DNA of 61,464 nt, filler included. It is 5 parts of 5 records of this genome, joined end to end, with 100 filler letters (N's around TTAATTAATTAA, not from the genome) between each part and the next. Parts side by side here need not be neighbours in the genome. Positions count along the whole stretch, not along the records: positions 1 to 17,086 come from SRR2962707_1647; positions 17,187 to 29,997 come from SRR2962707_1655; 3 more parts are not named here. One strand, written 5' to 3'. This document shows, one piece after another, positions 10,883-19,867 of this stretch (positions are counted from its first letter, which is position 1; each line of letters opens with the position of its first letter). The position numbers and the translations under genes were made by a program. Below the pieces are notes generated by a model. That model saw only the letters and a list, made by a program, of their open reading frames with translations. It searched no databases and was not told the origin of the DNA.

Positions 10883-12313
10883 ATGTTCGAGAATCTCACC
10901 GAGCGCCTGGGCCAGTCGCTGAAGAGCCTGGCCGGCCAGGGACAGCTCAACGAGGACAATATTCGCGATACTCTGCGCGAGGTACGCAAGGCCCTGCTGG
11001 AAGCCGATGTGGCGTTGCCGGTGGTCAAGGAATTCGTCGAACAGGTCAAAGAGAAGGCTCTGGGGCAGGAAGTCCTGCAAAGCCTGAACCCTGGCCAGGC
11101 GTTCGTGAAGATCGTCAACGACGAACTGGTCCACACCATGGGCGACGCCAATGACGCCCTCAATCTGGCCACCAAGCCGCCGGCGATCATCCTCATGGCG
11201 GGCCTGCAAGGGGCCGGTAAAACCACTTCCGTGGCCAAGCTCGCGCGCTTCCTCCAGGAGCGTGAGAAGAAGAAGGTGATGGTGGTGTCCGCCGACGTCT
11301 ACCGTCCGGCGGCGATCGAGCAGTTGAAAACCCTGGCCGGGGAGGTGGACACCAATTTCTTCCCGTCCACCGGTGACCAGGATCCGGTGGATATCGCCAA
11401 CGCCGCCCTGGCCGAGGCCCGCCGCCGTTACATGGACGTATTGATCGTCGATACCGCCGGTCGTCTGCATGTGGACGACGCCATGATGGCGGAGATCAAA
11501 CGGCTGCACGCCGCCATCGAGCCGGCGGAAACGCTGTTCGTGGTGGACGCCATGACCGGTCAGGACGCCGCCAACACCGCTCAGGCGTTTAACGAAGCGC
11601 TGCCGCTGACCGGGGTGATTCTGACCAAGGCCGACGGTGACTCCCGCGGGGGCGCGGCGCTGTCCGTGCGTCATCTCACCGGCAAGCCGATCAAGTTCAT
11701 CGGCATGGGTGAGAAAACCGATGCCCTGGAACCGTTCCACCCGGACCGTATCGCCAGCCGGATTCTCGGCATGGGCGACGTGCTGTCCCTGGTGGAGGAA
11801 GCCGAGCGCAAGCTGGACAAGAAGAAAGCCGAGAAGATCGCCAAGAAGTTCAAGAAAGGCAAGGCGATGGACTTCGAGGATCTCAAGGACCAGTTCCAGC
11901 AGATGCGCAACATGGGCGGCATGGCCGGCCTGCTGGACAAGCTGCCCGGCATGGGCAATATGATGCAGGCGGCTCAGGATCCGGCGGCTCTGAAGAACAT
12001 GAAGCACATGGAGGCGCTGATTGATTCCATGACGCCCAAGGAACGCCGCAACCCGGATCTGATCAAGGGCTCCCGCAAGAAACGCATCGCCGCCGGCGCC
12101 GGGTTGGAGATCCAGGATCTCAATCGCCTGATGAAGCAGCAGAAGATGATGGCGAAGATGATGAAGAAGATGCGCACCAAAGGCGGCATGAAGAACATGA
12201 TGCGCGGCCTGGAAGGCATGATGGGCGGACAGGGCGGCCCCGGCGGCGGCATGCCCCCGGGCGGCATGCCTCCCGGCGGTATGGGCGGCGGCGGTGGCTT
12301 GCCGCCCATGTAA
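10883..12313 (+). CDS. ffh: Signal recognition particle protein
   Basis: MFENLTERL, GLQGAGKTT, DTAGR, TKADGD, Met-rich M domain; GGMPP tail. Confidence 0.98.
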   Translation: MFENLTERLGQSLKSLAGQGQLNEDNIRDTLREVRKALLEADVALPVVKEFVEQVKEKALGQEVLQSLNPGQAFVKIVNDELVHTMGDANDALNLATKPPAIILMAGLQGAGKTTSVAKLARFLQEREKKKVMVVSADVYRPAAIEQLKTLAGEVDTNFFPSTGDQDPVDIANAALAEARRRYMDVLIVDTAGRLHVDDAMMAEIKRLHAAIEPAETLFVVDAMTGQDAANTAQAFNEALPLTGVILTKADGDSRGGAALSVRHLTGKPIKFIGMGEKTDALEPFHPDRIASRILGMGDVLSLVEEAERKLDKKKAEKIAKKFKKGKAMDFEDLKDQFQQMRNMGGMAGLLDKLPGMGNMMQAAQDPAALKNMKHMEALIDSMTPKERRNPDLIKGSRKKRIAAGAGLEIQDLNRLMKQQKMMAKMMKKMRTKGGMKNMMRGLEGMMGGQGGPGGGMPPGGMPPGGMGGGGGLPPM

Positions 12314-12353
12314 GGGCCGAGGTAAGGGGGGAGGGGGAAAACAGTCTCCGTTC

Positions 12354-12382
12354 TTGCCTTCCCCGCCAACCCCGCGTAAAAT
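12354..12382 (+). promoter_or_regulatory. Sigma70 promoter of the rpsP operon
   Basis: TTGCCT-17 bp-TAAAAT followed by GC-rich discriminator CTGCGCCC. Confidence 0.75.
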
Positions 12383-12488
12383 CTGCGCCCTTCGCGCCCT
12401 CCGGCCCATTCGGAGGGATCTTCAAGCGGATACGATGGCCGGGCGATAAGCGTCTGGCCGGGACACCGGATTGAAACAGGACTGAAAA

Positions 12489-12743
12489 ATGCTGGTTATT
12501 CGTCTCGCCCGTGGTGGCTCCAAGAAACGCCCTTTCTACCAAATCATTGCCACCGACAGCCGTAATGCCCGTGACGGCCGCTTCATCGAACGTCTGGGTT
12601 ACTTCAACCCGATTGCCCGTGGCGGTGAAATCCGTCTGAAAGTGGATCTGGAAGCCGTGGACCAGTGGGTTCAGAAAGGCGCCCAGCTGTCCGACCGGGT
12701 CAAAAACCTGGTCAAGGAAGCGCGCAAGAGCGAGAGCGCTTGA
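12489..12743 (+). CDS. rpsP: 30S ribosomal protein S16
   Basis: [14 protein letters not shown]...[14 protein letters not shown]. Confidence 0.99.
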   Translation: MLVIRLARGGSKKRPFYQIIATDSRNARDGRFIERLGYFNPIARGGEIRLKVDLEAVDQWVQKGAQLSDRVKNLVKEARKSESA

Positions 12744-12774
12744 GCATCCTGGCTCTCTGATCCAGACCAGACCC

Positions 12775-13305
12775 ATGGGATCTCAATCGGACAAGGTGAT
12801 CGTGGGCCGCATCATGGCGGTACACGGCATCAAAGGCTGGGTAAAAGTCTATTCCCATACCGATCCCATGGAGAACATCTTCGAGTACCAGCCCTGGTAT
12901 CTGAGCAAGGGCCGGGACTGGGAAGAAGTGAAGCTGGCCGGCGCCCGCCCCCAAGGCAAGGGGCTGGTCGTCGCCATTGACGGTATCGGTGACCGCGAAC
13001 AGGCGGCACGGGAACTGGTGGGGCGGGAAATCGCCGTGTCGGAGTCTCTGCTGCCCCGTTCCGGAGACGGCGAGTTCTATTGGCGGGACCTGATCGGTCT
13101 GCGGGTGGTGCTGCCGGACGGCCGTGATCTGGGCCGGGTGGATCGGCTGATGGAAACCGGCGCCAACGATGTGCTGGTGGTGATCGGCGATGCCAACAGC
13201 CTGGACCGCCGTGAACGGCTGCTGCCCTGGGTGCCGGACGACGTGATTGTCGACGTTGCGCTGGAGCGCGGTGAGATTCGCGTGGACTGGGACCCGGAAT
13301 TCTAG
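12775..13305 (+). CDS. rimM: Ribosome maturation factor RimM
   Basis: [35 protein letters not shown]; operon position. Confidence 0.97.
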   Translation: MGSQSDKVIVGRIMAVHGIKGWVKVYSHTDPMENIFEYQPWYLSKGRDWEEVKLAGARPQGKGLVVAIDGIGDREQAARELVGREIAVSESLLPRSGDGEFYWRDLIGLRVVLPDGRDLGRVDRLMETGANDVLVVIGDANSLDRRERLLPWVPDDVIVDVALERGEIRVDWDPEF

Positions 13306-13337
13306 AGCCACGGCGGACGTGGACAGGGAGGCGCTCA

Positions 13338-14108
13338 ATGCGAATCGCGCTGATGACGCTGTTCCCGGAAATGACCGGGCTGGTAACCGGCTTCGGCGTG
13401 ACCCGGCGGGCCATCGAAAATGGCCGGCTGAGTCTGGAAGCGGTCAATCCCCGGGATTTCACCGATGACCGCCACCGCACCGTGGACGATCGCCCCTTTG
13501 GCGGCGGGCCGGGCATGGTGATGAAAGTCGAGCCCCTGGAACGCGCGCTGAGCGCGGCCCGGGAGCGAGTGGGCCCGGCCCGGGTGATCTATCTGTCACC
13601 TCAGGGGCGGCCGCTGACCCAGCGCAAGGCCCAGGAACTGGCCGCCGAACCGGCATTGATCCTGGTTGCCGGCCGCTACGAAGGGGTCGATGAACGTTTT
13701 ATCGAAGCGCGGGTGGATGAGCAGATCTCCATCGGCGATTACGTACTCAGCGGCGGTGAACTGCCGGCGCTGGTACTGGTGGATGCCGTGGCGCGCCTGT
13801 TACCGGGAGTGCTGGGGCACCAGGATTCGGCAGCCCAGGATTCGTTTTCCGGCGAATTGGAAAACCTGCTGGACTGCCCGCACTATACGCGGCCCGAGGA
13901 ACACCTGGGCCGGGTGGTGCCTGAAGTCTTGCGTAGCGGCGATCACGAGCGGATTCGCCGCTGGCGTTTGAAGCAGGCACTGGGGCGCACCTGGCGGTGG
14001 CGCCCCGACTTGCTCGAAGCCCGCCGCGCCAGTGGCTGGACCGAGGAAGAAGAGCGGCTTCTCAATGAATACATTGGGGAGTACGAGCAGCAATACAGCG
14101 ATCAATGA
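13338..14108 (+). CDS. trmD: tRNA (guanine37-N1)-methyltransferase
   Basis: [33 protein letters not shown]. Confidence 0.98.
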   Translation: MRIALMTLFPEMTGLVTGFGVTRRAIENGRLSLEAVNPRDFTDDRHRTVDDRPFGGGPGMVMKVEPLERALSAARERVGPARVIYLSPQGRPLTQRKAQELAAEPALILVAGRYEGVDERFIEARVDEQISIGDYVLSGGELPALVLVDAVARLLPGVLGHQDSAAQDSFSGELENLLDCPHYTRPEEHLGRVVPEVLRSGDHERIRRWRLKQALGRTWRWRPDLLEARRASGWTEEEERLLNEYIGEYEQQYSDQ

Positions 14109-14123
14109 ACCAAGGAGCACGCC

Positions 14124-14480
14124 ATGAGCGGCAAGAAACCCCTGATTCAGGAAATCGAACAGGCACAGCTGAAAAGCGACGTGCCGGTGTTCGGTCCCGG
14201 TGACACCGTCACCGTTCAAGTAAAAGTGAAAGAAGGCACCCGTGAGCGTCTGCAGGCGTTCCAGGGCGTGGTGATTGCCCGCCGTAACCGTGGCCTGAAC
14301 TCCAATTTCACTGTTCGTAAAGTTTCCCACGGCGTGGGTGTGGAGCGGGTGTTCCAGCTGCACAGCCCGCTGGTCGACTCCATTGAAGTCGTCCGCCGCG
14401 GCGATGTTCGCCGCGCCAAACTGTACTACCTGCGTGAGCGTTCCGGTAAGTCCGCGCGTATCAAGGAAAAAATCCGGTAA
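14124..14480 (+). CDS. rplS: 50S ribosomal protein L19
   Basis: [27 protein letters not shown]. Confidence 0.99.
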   Translation: MSGKKPLIQEIEQAQLKSDVPVFGPGDTVTVQVKVKEGTRERLQAFQGVVIARRNRGLNSNFTVRKVSHGVGVERVFQLHSPLVDSIEVVRRGDVRRAKLYYLRERSGKSARIKEKIR

Positions 14481-14581
14481 TACGCCACTCGCTCCGGTTG
14501 CGAGCTATTGTCGCTTCAGCCTTTGCTGTAGGGCATTCGGAAGCGACCTCTGGCCGAGCAAGGATGCTCCCACCGGACAAC

Positions 14582-14659
14582 AAAAAATTGCCGGGAGCAA
14601 TTTTAACGTTGCTTTGCAACGGCCCGTAGGGTGATCGCCATGGACGGCGGTCATAAAAA
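14582..14659. repeat. Structured dispersed intergenic repeat, copy 2 (four hairpins)
   Basis: AAAATTG-CCGGGAG-CAATTTT, CGTTGC-TTT-GCAACG, GCCC-GTA-GGGT, GATCGCC-ATGGAC-GGCGGTC; homologous to 1-64. Confidence 0.7.
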
Positions 14660-14692
14660 GGCCGCCCCTTCGATGAAAGGGGCGGCCTTTTT
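14655..14692. terminator. Bidirectional intrinsic terminator
   Basis: AAAAAGGCCGCCCCTT-CGATGA-AAGGGGCGGCCTTTTT, a perfect 16-bp inverted repeat between convergent genes. Confidence 0.9.
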
Positions 14693-14706
14693 GTTTGCAG
14701 CGGAGG

Positions 14707-14967
14707 TTAGCGCTTGGCCAGCAACCGGTACAGGAACAACAGCACTAGTGCGCCGACGATGGCGGTGATGATACTGCCGATCGATAACGAATTTGATGCC
14801 GCTCCCGCGCCGATTCCCACCAGAGAACCAAGCCAGCCGCCGACAAAAGCACCGGCGATACCAATCAGAATGGTAATAATGAAGCCGCCCGGATCCTTGC
14901 CCGGCATGATCCATTTTGCGATCACACCCGCGATCAGACCCAGTACGATCCAAGAAAGAATTTCCAT
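14707..14967 (-). CDS. GlsB/YeaQ/YmgE (transglycosylase-associated) stress membrane protein
   Basis: WIVLGLIAGVIAKWIMPGKDPGG...ILIGIAGAFVGG. Confidence 0.93.
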   Translation of the reverse strand: MEILSWIVLGLIAGVIAKWIMPGKDPGGFIITILIGIAGAFVGGWLGSLVGIGAGAASNSLSIGSIITAIVGALVLLFLYRLLAKR

Positions 14968-15111
14968 AGGGCACTCCTTACCTCTGGTAACTCAAAGCCC
15001 CTTGAGTATGCCCCGTATGGATGCACGACCCGGGTAATAAATAGTAAAACCCCAGCTTGCTGAGAGTACCGCATGGCGCCAGAATCGCGGAAACGAAACG
15101 GGAAATAGGTT

Positions 15112-16023
15112 ATGACGGACCTGTCCGAAGCCCGGCAACGGCTGGTGGATGCCTGGCTCGACAATCAATGGCTGGAGCGGGGGCTGAGCCGTAATACCCT
15201 GGAAAATTATGGCCGGGACCTGCGTCAATTCGGAGATTGGTTGAACAGGGAGGAGCACACCCCGCTGGAACAGTGCCAGCGCCATCAGCTGTTGCAGTTC
15301 CTCGCCCACCGCCATGAGCAGGGATTGGGCGCGCGCTCGGTGGCCCGTCAGCTTTCCGCCTTGAAGAGTTTTTTCCGCTGGATGAAACGGGAAGGGCGTA
15401 TCGGCGAGGACCCGACCCTGAACGTGGCACGTCCCAAGACCGGCCGGGCCTTGCCGAAGAGCCTTAGCGAGGCCGATGTGGAAGCGCTGCTGGCGGCGCC
15501 GGATCTGGACGATCCGCTCGGTCTGCGCGATCGCGCCATGCTGGAAGTGCTGTATGCCTGCGGTCTGAGGGTGTCGGAGCTGGTCGGCCTGACCCTGGGG
15601 CAGGTGAATCAGCGCCAGGGGCTGGTGCGGGTGGTGGGCAAGGGGGACAAGGAGCGGCTGGTGCCCCTGGGAGAAGAGGCTCTGCACTGGCTGGCGCGCT
15701 ATCTGCGGGAAGCCAGACCCTTGCTGATTCACCCGGATCAGGATGTGCTGTTCCCCAGCCGTCGCGGAGAGACAATGACGCGTCAGGCATTCTGGTACAG
15801 GATCAAACAGATCGCGGTCAGCGCGGGGGTGCAAAAGGCGTTGTCACCCCATACACTGCGCCATGCGTTCGCGACACATTTGCTCAACCACGGGGCCGAC
15901 CTGCGGGTGGTGCAGTTGTTATTGGGGCACAGTGATTTGTCCACCACACAGATCTATACCCATGTGGCGCAGCAGCGGCTACAGACGCTTTATGAGCAAC
16001 ATCATCCCCGGGCGGGAACTTGA
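15112..16023 (+). CDS. xerD: Site-specific tyrosine recombinase XerD
   Basis: WLERGLSRNT, LYACGLRVSEL, HTLRHAFATHLL, LGHSDLSTTQIY; followed by dsbC. Confidence 0.97.
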   Translation: MTDLSEARQRLVDAWLDNQWLERGLSRNTLENYGRDLRQFGDWLNREEHTPLEQCQRHQLLQFLAHRHEQGLGARSVARQLSALKSFFRWMKREGRIGEDPTLNVARPKTGRALPKSLSEADVEALLAAPDLDDPLGLRDRAMLEVLYACGLRVSELVGLTLGQVNQRQGLVRVVGKGDKERLVPLGEEALHWLARYLREARPLLIHPDQDVLFPSRRGETMTRQAFWYRIKQIAVSAGVQKALSPHTLRHAFATHLLNHGADLRVVQLLLGHSDLSTTQIYTHVAQQRLQTLYEQHHPRAGT

Positions 16024-16087
16024 TGCGCCTGTCGCCACTCAAATAACGATAATCGCCGCAGGGGGCGGCGTACCATTGGAGAATGTC

Positions 16088-16825
16088 ATGAAAAGGATGA
16101 TGATGGCGGCCCTGGGATTGGTCGCGGCCACCCTGGCGGTGGCGGATTCGGGGGTGGATGAGAAGGCGGTAAGGAAGAACTTCGCCGATACCTTCCCCCA
16201 GTTCACAGTCAGCAAAATCGAGCCGGCGCCGGTGGAGGGCATGGCCCAGGTGGAACTCAAGGGCGGCGGTGGAAGCCAGTGGGTATACACCAGTGGTGAT
16301 GGTCGTTTCATTTTTACCGGTGATCTGCTTGAGCTGCGTGATGGCAAGCCGGTGAATCTGGCGGAGGAACGCCTTGAGAAGGTACGCAAGGAAGGCCTGG
16401 CGAAGATCGACAGCAAGCGCATGATTACCTATGCCGCCGCCGACCAGAAGGCGGAAATCTACGCCTTTACCGACATCACCTGTGGTTTCTGCCGCAAGAT
16501 GCATGAGCACATCGAAGAGTACAACGAGGCCGGGATCACCGTGCATTATCTGGCCTTCCCGCGTGGCGGGCCGGCCTCCGAGGCGGCCGAGAACATGCGT
16601 CATATCTGGTGCGCCAAGGACCGGGCCAGCGCTCTTACCGACGCCAAACTGAAGGACAAGATCGTCGAAAACGAGCTGGGCAGCTGTGCCGCCCAGGTAA
16701 ACGACGAGTATGCCCTGGGTATGGAATTCGGGGTGCGCGGCACGCCAGCGATCTACACCGCCGAAGGCACCCAGTTGGGCGGTTACCTGACCCCGGCGCA
16801 AATGCTGCAGCGGCTGCAGCTTTAA
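16088..16825 (+). CDS. dsbC: Thiol:disulfide isomerase DsbC
   Basis: Signal peptide, FTDITCGFCRKMH, YLAFPR, GVRGTPA; xerD-dsbC order. Confidence 0.93.
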   Translation: MKRMMMAALGLVAATLAVADSGVDEKAVRKNFADTFPQFTVSKIEPAPVEGMAQVELKGGGGSQWVYTSGDGRFIFTGDLLELRDGKPVNLAEERLEKVRKEGLAKIDSKRMITYAAADQKAEIYAFTDITCGFCRKMHEHIEEYNEAGITVHYLAFPRGGPASEAAENMRHIWCAKDRASALTDAKLKDKIVENELGSCAAQVNDEYALGMEFGVRGTPAIYTAEGTQLGGYLTPAQMLQRLQL

Positions 16826-16844
16826 ACGGGCCTTCCGCCCCTCG

Positions 16845-16884
16845 GGACACATTGACGGCGCCCTTTGGCGCCGTTAATGTGTCC
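16845..16884. other. 18-bp stem-loop between dsbC and alaC
   Basis: GGACACATTGACGGCGCC-CTTT-GGCGCCGTTAATGTGTCC (one G-T pair); no U tract. Confidence 0.7.
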
Positions 16885-16969
16885 GGCTTCCAGTAACCCC
16901 GCCACGGCCCGTGACGTGCCCGTTTCGGTACGGTCCCGGACCGCGCCATCTTTCTTGAAGGATTCAGCC

Positions 16970-17086
16970 GTGGAAGCCGATTTTCAGCGTATTCGCCGTT
17001 TGCCGCCTTATGTCTTCAATATCGTTGGAGAGCTGAAGAAAGCGGCGCGAGCGCGGGGCGAGGACATCATCGATTTCGGCATGGGC
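16970..17086 (+). CDS. alaC: Alanine transaminase AlaC-like PLP aminotransferase, 5' fragment cut by contig end
   Basis: [12 protein letters not shown]...[14 protein letters not shown]. Confidence 0.85.
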
Positions 17087-17186
17087 NNNNNNNNNNNNNN
17101 NNNNNNNNNNNNNNNNNNNNNNNNNNNNNNTTAATTAATTAANNNNNNNNNNNNNNNNNNNNNNNNNNNNNNNNNNNNNNNNNNNN
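17087..17186. other. Artificial contig linker
   Basis: 44 N + TTAATTAATTAA + 44 N. Confidence 0.99.
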
Positions 17187-17216
17187 GCGGTGGCGTAGAG
17201 ATCGTGAACAGGCTCT
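17187..17216 (-). mobile_element. End of a MITE/IS-like element inserted at a TA (cut by contig start)
   Basis: Minus strand reads ...CAT CAG GAT CTC TA|AGAGCCTGTTCACGATCTCTACGCCACCGC; protein similarity stops exactly at the TA; the AGAGCCTGTTCACGATCT end resembles gammaproteobacterial MITE/IS5-type termini (from memory). Confidence 0.65.
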
Positions 17217-17644
17217 TAGAGATCCTGATGCAGACAGTTGTAATCGCCGGGCCGGTAACGCAGCAGCAGGGGCGTGGGGCGGCATTGGCCGCCGTCATGG
17301 CATTGAGCCAGGTAAGCGCGGTGCTGCGCTGGAAACCGCCGGGCCTTGCCCAGGCGGGCCTGCCAGCGATTGGCTATCGGTACCAGCCGTGGATAGAGGT
17401 CCTGACGCAAGGTGTCGACCAACGTCGGCAGCGGATAGGCGAAGTACTGGTACTCGCCCCTGCCAAAGCCGTGACGGGCCATCACCACCCGCGAGCGGAA
17501 ACGGTCCGTTTCCGCGTACAGCGCCGCCAGCCCGGTGCACTCGCCGGCGTCGAGCAGGCCGGGGATAACCGCGTGGCCCTGATCATCGAGGTGCTGTTCC
17601 AGTGCCGGCCAATCCACTTGTTCCAGACGTTGCCGTGGTGTCAT
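17216..17644 (-). pseudogene. 2OG-Fe(II) oxygenase (DUF2086-like) truncated after HQDL
   Basis: FRSRVVMARHGFGRGEYQYF...RPTPLLLRY..GDYNCLHQDL*; has HxD but lacks the distal His/Arg half; ATG overlaps the ada stop (ATGA). Confidence 0.75.
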
Positions 17645-18729
17645 GAACGGGCCTCTTGTGCACAGGTCTCCCGCTCCAGCAGCGCGCGTTTGCGCTCCAC
17701 GCCCCAGCGGTAACCGGACACGTCGCCGTCGCTGCGCACCACGCGGTGGCAGGGGATCACCACCGCCAGCGGGTTGTTGGCGCAGGCGCCGGCCACCGCG
17801 CGCACCGCCTTCGGCGAACCGATGCGTCTGGCCAGTTCGGCGTAGCTCAGGGTTTCTCCGGCCGGCACCCGGCGCAACGCTTGCCACACCTTTTGCTGGA
17901 AGGCGGTGCCGCGAATATCCAGCGGCAGGTCCGGTTCTTGTTCCGGGTGCTCCATCAAGGCCGCCACCCTGGCCACCAGGGCGTCGAACCGGTCGCCGCC
18001 GGGCCGCAGGTCGGCCTTGGGAAAATGATCCTGACATTCGCGCAGCAAGGTGTCGGCGTCATCGCCGAGGGCGATGGCGCAAATGCCCTGGCCACTGCGT
18101 GCCACCAGCAGGGCCCCGAGTGAGCACTGCCCCAAGGCCACCTCGATACGTTCACCGTTGCCGCCATCGCGGAAGCGGGCCGGCTCCATGCCCAGCAGAG
18201 CCCGGGCCTGGGTGTAAAAACGGCCGCTGCTGTTGTAGCCGGCGTCGAAGATGGCATCGGTGATACGGCCATCCCGTTGCAGACCCTCGCGCAGCTGGCG
18301 TGCCCGTATGGCGCTGGCGTAGCCCTTGGGAGTGACGCCGAGGATCCGTTTGAACACCCGATGAAAGTGATGGGGGCTGAGACCGGCCTGTTCCGCCAGC
18401 TGATTCAGGGTCGGCGGTGTTTCCGCCTGTTCCATATGGCGGCAGGCGTCGATGATCGCCGTCAGATGCGCCGGTGCCGTCTGATCCGGGCGGCAGCGCG
18501 CGCAGGGGCGAAAGCCGGCGGACTCGGCCTGCTCGCGGTTGTCGAAGAAGCGCACATTCTCCGGCCGCGCCCGCCGTGCCGCGCAGGACGGCAGGCAGTA
18601 AACCCCGGTGGTGATGACGGCGTAGTAGAAATGGCCGTCGGCGTTGGCATCGCGTGCTACCAGGGCCTGCCAGCGCGGATCGGCAAGGGTGGCCTCGGCC
18701 TGTTGCTGTTTGCTTGCTGCTCTGTTCAT
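17641..18729 (-). CDS. ada: Bifunctional Ada regulator / O6-methylguanine-DNA methyltransferase
   Basis: TGVYCLPSC..R, GFRPCARC Zn site, AraC HTH, IPCHRVV active site; start MNRAASK after GGAGG. Confidence 0.96.
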   Translation of the reverse strand: MNRAASKQQQAEATLADPRWQALVARDANADGHFYYAVITTGVYCLPSCAARRARPENVRFFDNREQAESAGFRPCARCRPDQTAPAHLTAIIDACRHMEQAETPPTLNQLAEQAGLSPHHFHRVFKRILGVTPKGYASAIRARQLREGLQRDGRITDAIFDAGYNSSGRFYTQARALLGMEPARFRDGGNGERIEVALGQCSLGALLVARSGQGICAIALGDDADTLLRECQDHFPKADLRPGGDRFDALVARVAALMEHPEQEPDLPLDIRGTAFQQKVWQALRRVPAGETLSYAELARRIGSPKAVRAVAGACANNPLAVVIPCHRVVRSDGDVSGYRWGVERKRALLERETCAQEARS

Positions 18730-18780
18730 GGCTGCCTCCTGGGAAACCGGATCGCCGGGCATGCCGGCATGGACAGAGCC

Positions 18781-18830
18781 AGAGTAGGGCGGCGGGAGCG
18801 GCGTGACGCTCCGTTCCTTGCTTTCGAATC
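18781..18830 (-). promoter_or_regulatory. Putative Ada box and -10 of the ada promoter
   Basis: Minus strand GAT-TCGAAA-GCAA (18830-18818; E. coli consensus AAT-N6-GCAA) and TACTCT (18786-18781) 31 bp downstream. Confidence 0.55.
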
Positions 18831-18847
18831 CGCCGCCCGGGAGAGGG

Positions 18848-19846
18848 TCAGAGGATCGGCAAACCGAAAGCCTTTTTCAGATCCTGCAGCACTACTCCGG
18901 TTTCTTCCCGTGCCGCCTGCGTGCCGGCCTGGAGGATACGCATCAATTCCCCCTTGTCGGCGATGAAACGTTCCCGGCGTTCGCGGATCGGCGCCAGCAG
19001 CTCCTGCAGACATTCTTCCAGAACTTTCTTCACCTGTCCGTCGCCCAGGCCACCGCGCTGATAGTGTTCCTTGAGGCCCGCCACCAGGGCTTCGTCCGGA
19101 TGGAAGGCGTCCAGATAGGTGAACACCACATTGCCTTCCACCTTACCCGGGTCCTCGATGCGCAGATGGCCGGGGTCGGTGTACATCTTCTTCACCGCCT
19201 TGGAGATGTCCTTTTCGCTGGCGCCCAGCACCAGCGCGTTGCCCAGTGATTTGGACATCTTCGCCTTGCCATCGACGCCGGGCAAACGGGAAGCCTTGCC
19301 GATCAGCGCGCGGCACTCCACCAGCAACTCCTGGCCGGCCACGTTATTGACCTTGCGTACCACCTCGTTGGTCTGCTCGATCATCGGCAACTGGTCATCG
19401 CCCACCGGTACCAGGGTGGCGCGGAAGGCGGTGATGTCGGCGGCCTGGCTGATCGGGTAGGTCAGGAAGCCGGCCGGAATGGAGGCGCCGAACTCCTTGC
19501 TGGCGATCTCCGCTTTCACCGTCGGGTTGCGTTCCAGCCGTGATACCGTCACCAGGTTGGCGTAGAACTGGGTCAGTTCGGCCAGCGCCGGCAGGCCGGA
19601 TTGCAGGCACAGGGTGGTGCGTTGCGGATCGATGCCCACCGCCAGATAGTCGGCCAGCACATTGAGAATGTTCTCGGCCACCTTGGCCGGGTTGTGGCCG
19701 TTGTCGGTGAGGCCCTGCATGTCGGCGATCAAAATGGTCTGCGGGTGTTGGTTCTGCAGTTCCACCCGGGCGCGCAGGGAGCCCACGTAATGGCCGAGAT
19801 GCAATTGGCCGGTGGGGCGGTCGCCGGTGAGAATCTTGTCGGTCAT
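18848..19846 (-). CDS. trpS: Tryptophan--tRNA ligase
   Basis: LTGDRPTGQLHLGH, YPISQAADI, PVGDDQ, KMSKS. Confidence 0.97.
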   Translation of the reverse strand: MTDKILTGDRPTGQLHLGHYVGSLRARVELQNQHPQTILIADMQGLTDNGHNPAKVAENILNVLADYLAVGIDPQRTTLCLQSGLPALAELTQFYANLVTVSRLERNPTVKAEIASKEFGASIPAGFLTYPISQAADITAFRATLVPVGDDQLPMIEQTNEVVRKVNNVAGQELLVECRALIGKASRLPGVDGKAKMSKSLGNALVLGASEKDISKAVKKMYTDPGHLRIEDPGKVEGNVVFTYLDAFHPDEALVAGLKEHYQRGGLGDGQVKKVLEECLQELLAPIRERRERFIADKGELMRILQAGTQAAREETGVVLQDLKKAFGLPIL

Positions 19847-19867
19847 CGGGTTTCCTCTGTATGGATA

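Noticed and set aside
12220-12310. GGCGGCATG-type repeats at the end of ffh
   Set aside because: They encode the low-complexity Gly/Met/Pro tail common in Ffh proteins.
15112-16023. Tyrosine recombinase as a phage or island integrase
   Set aside because: Sequence and rplS-xerD-dsbC context identify housekeeping XerD; no att sites or cargo.
17131-17142. TTAATTAATTAA repeated four times in the window
   Set aside because: Artificial all-frame-stop linker embedded in N runs, not biological.
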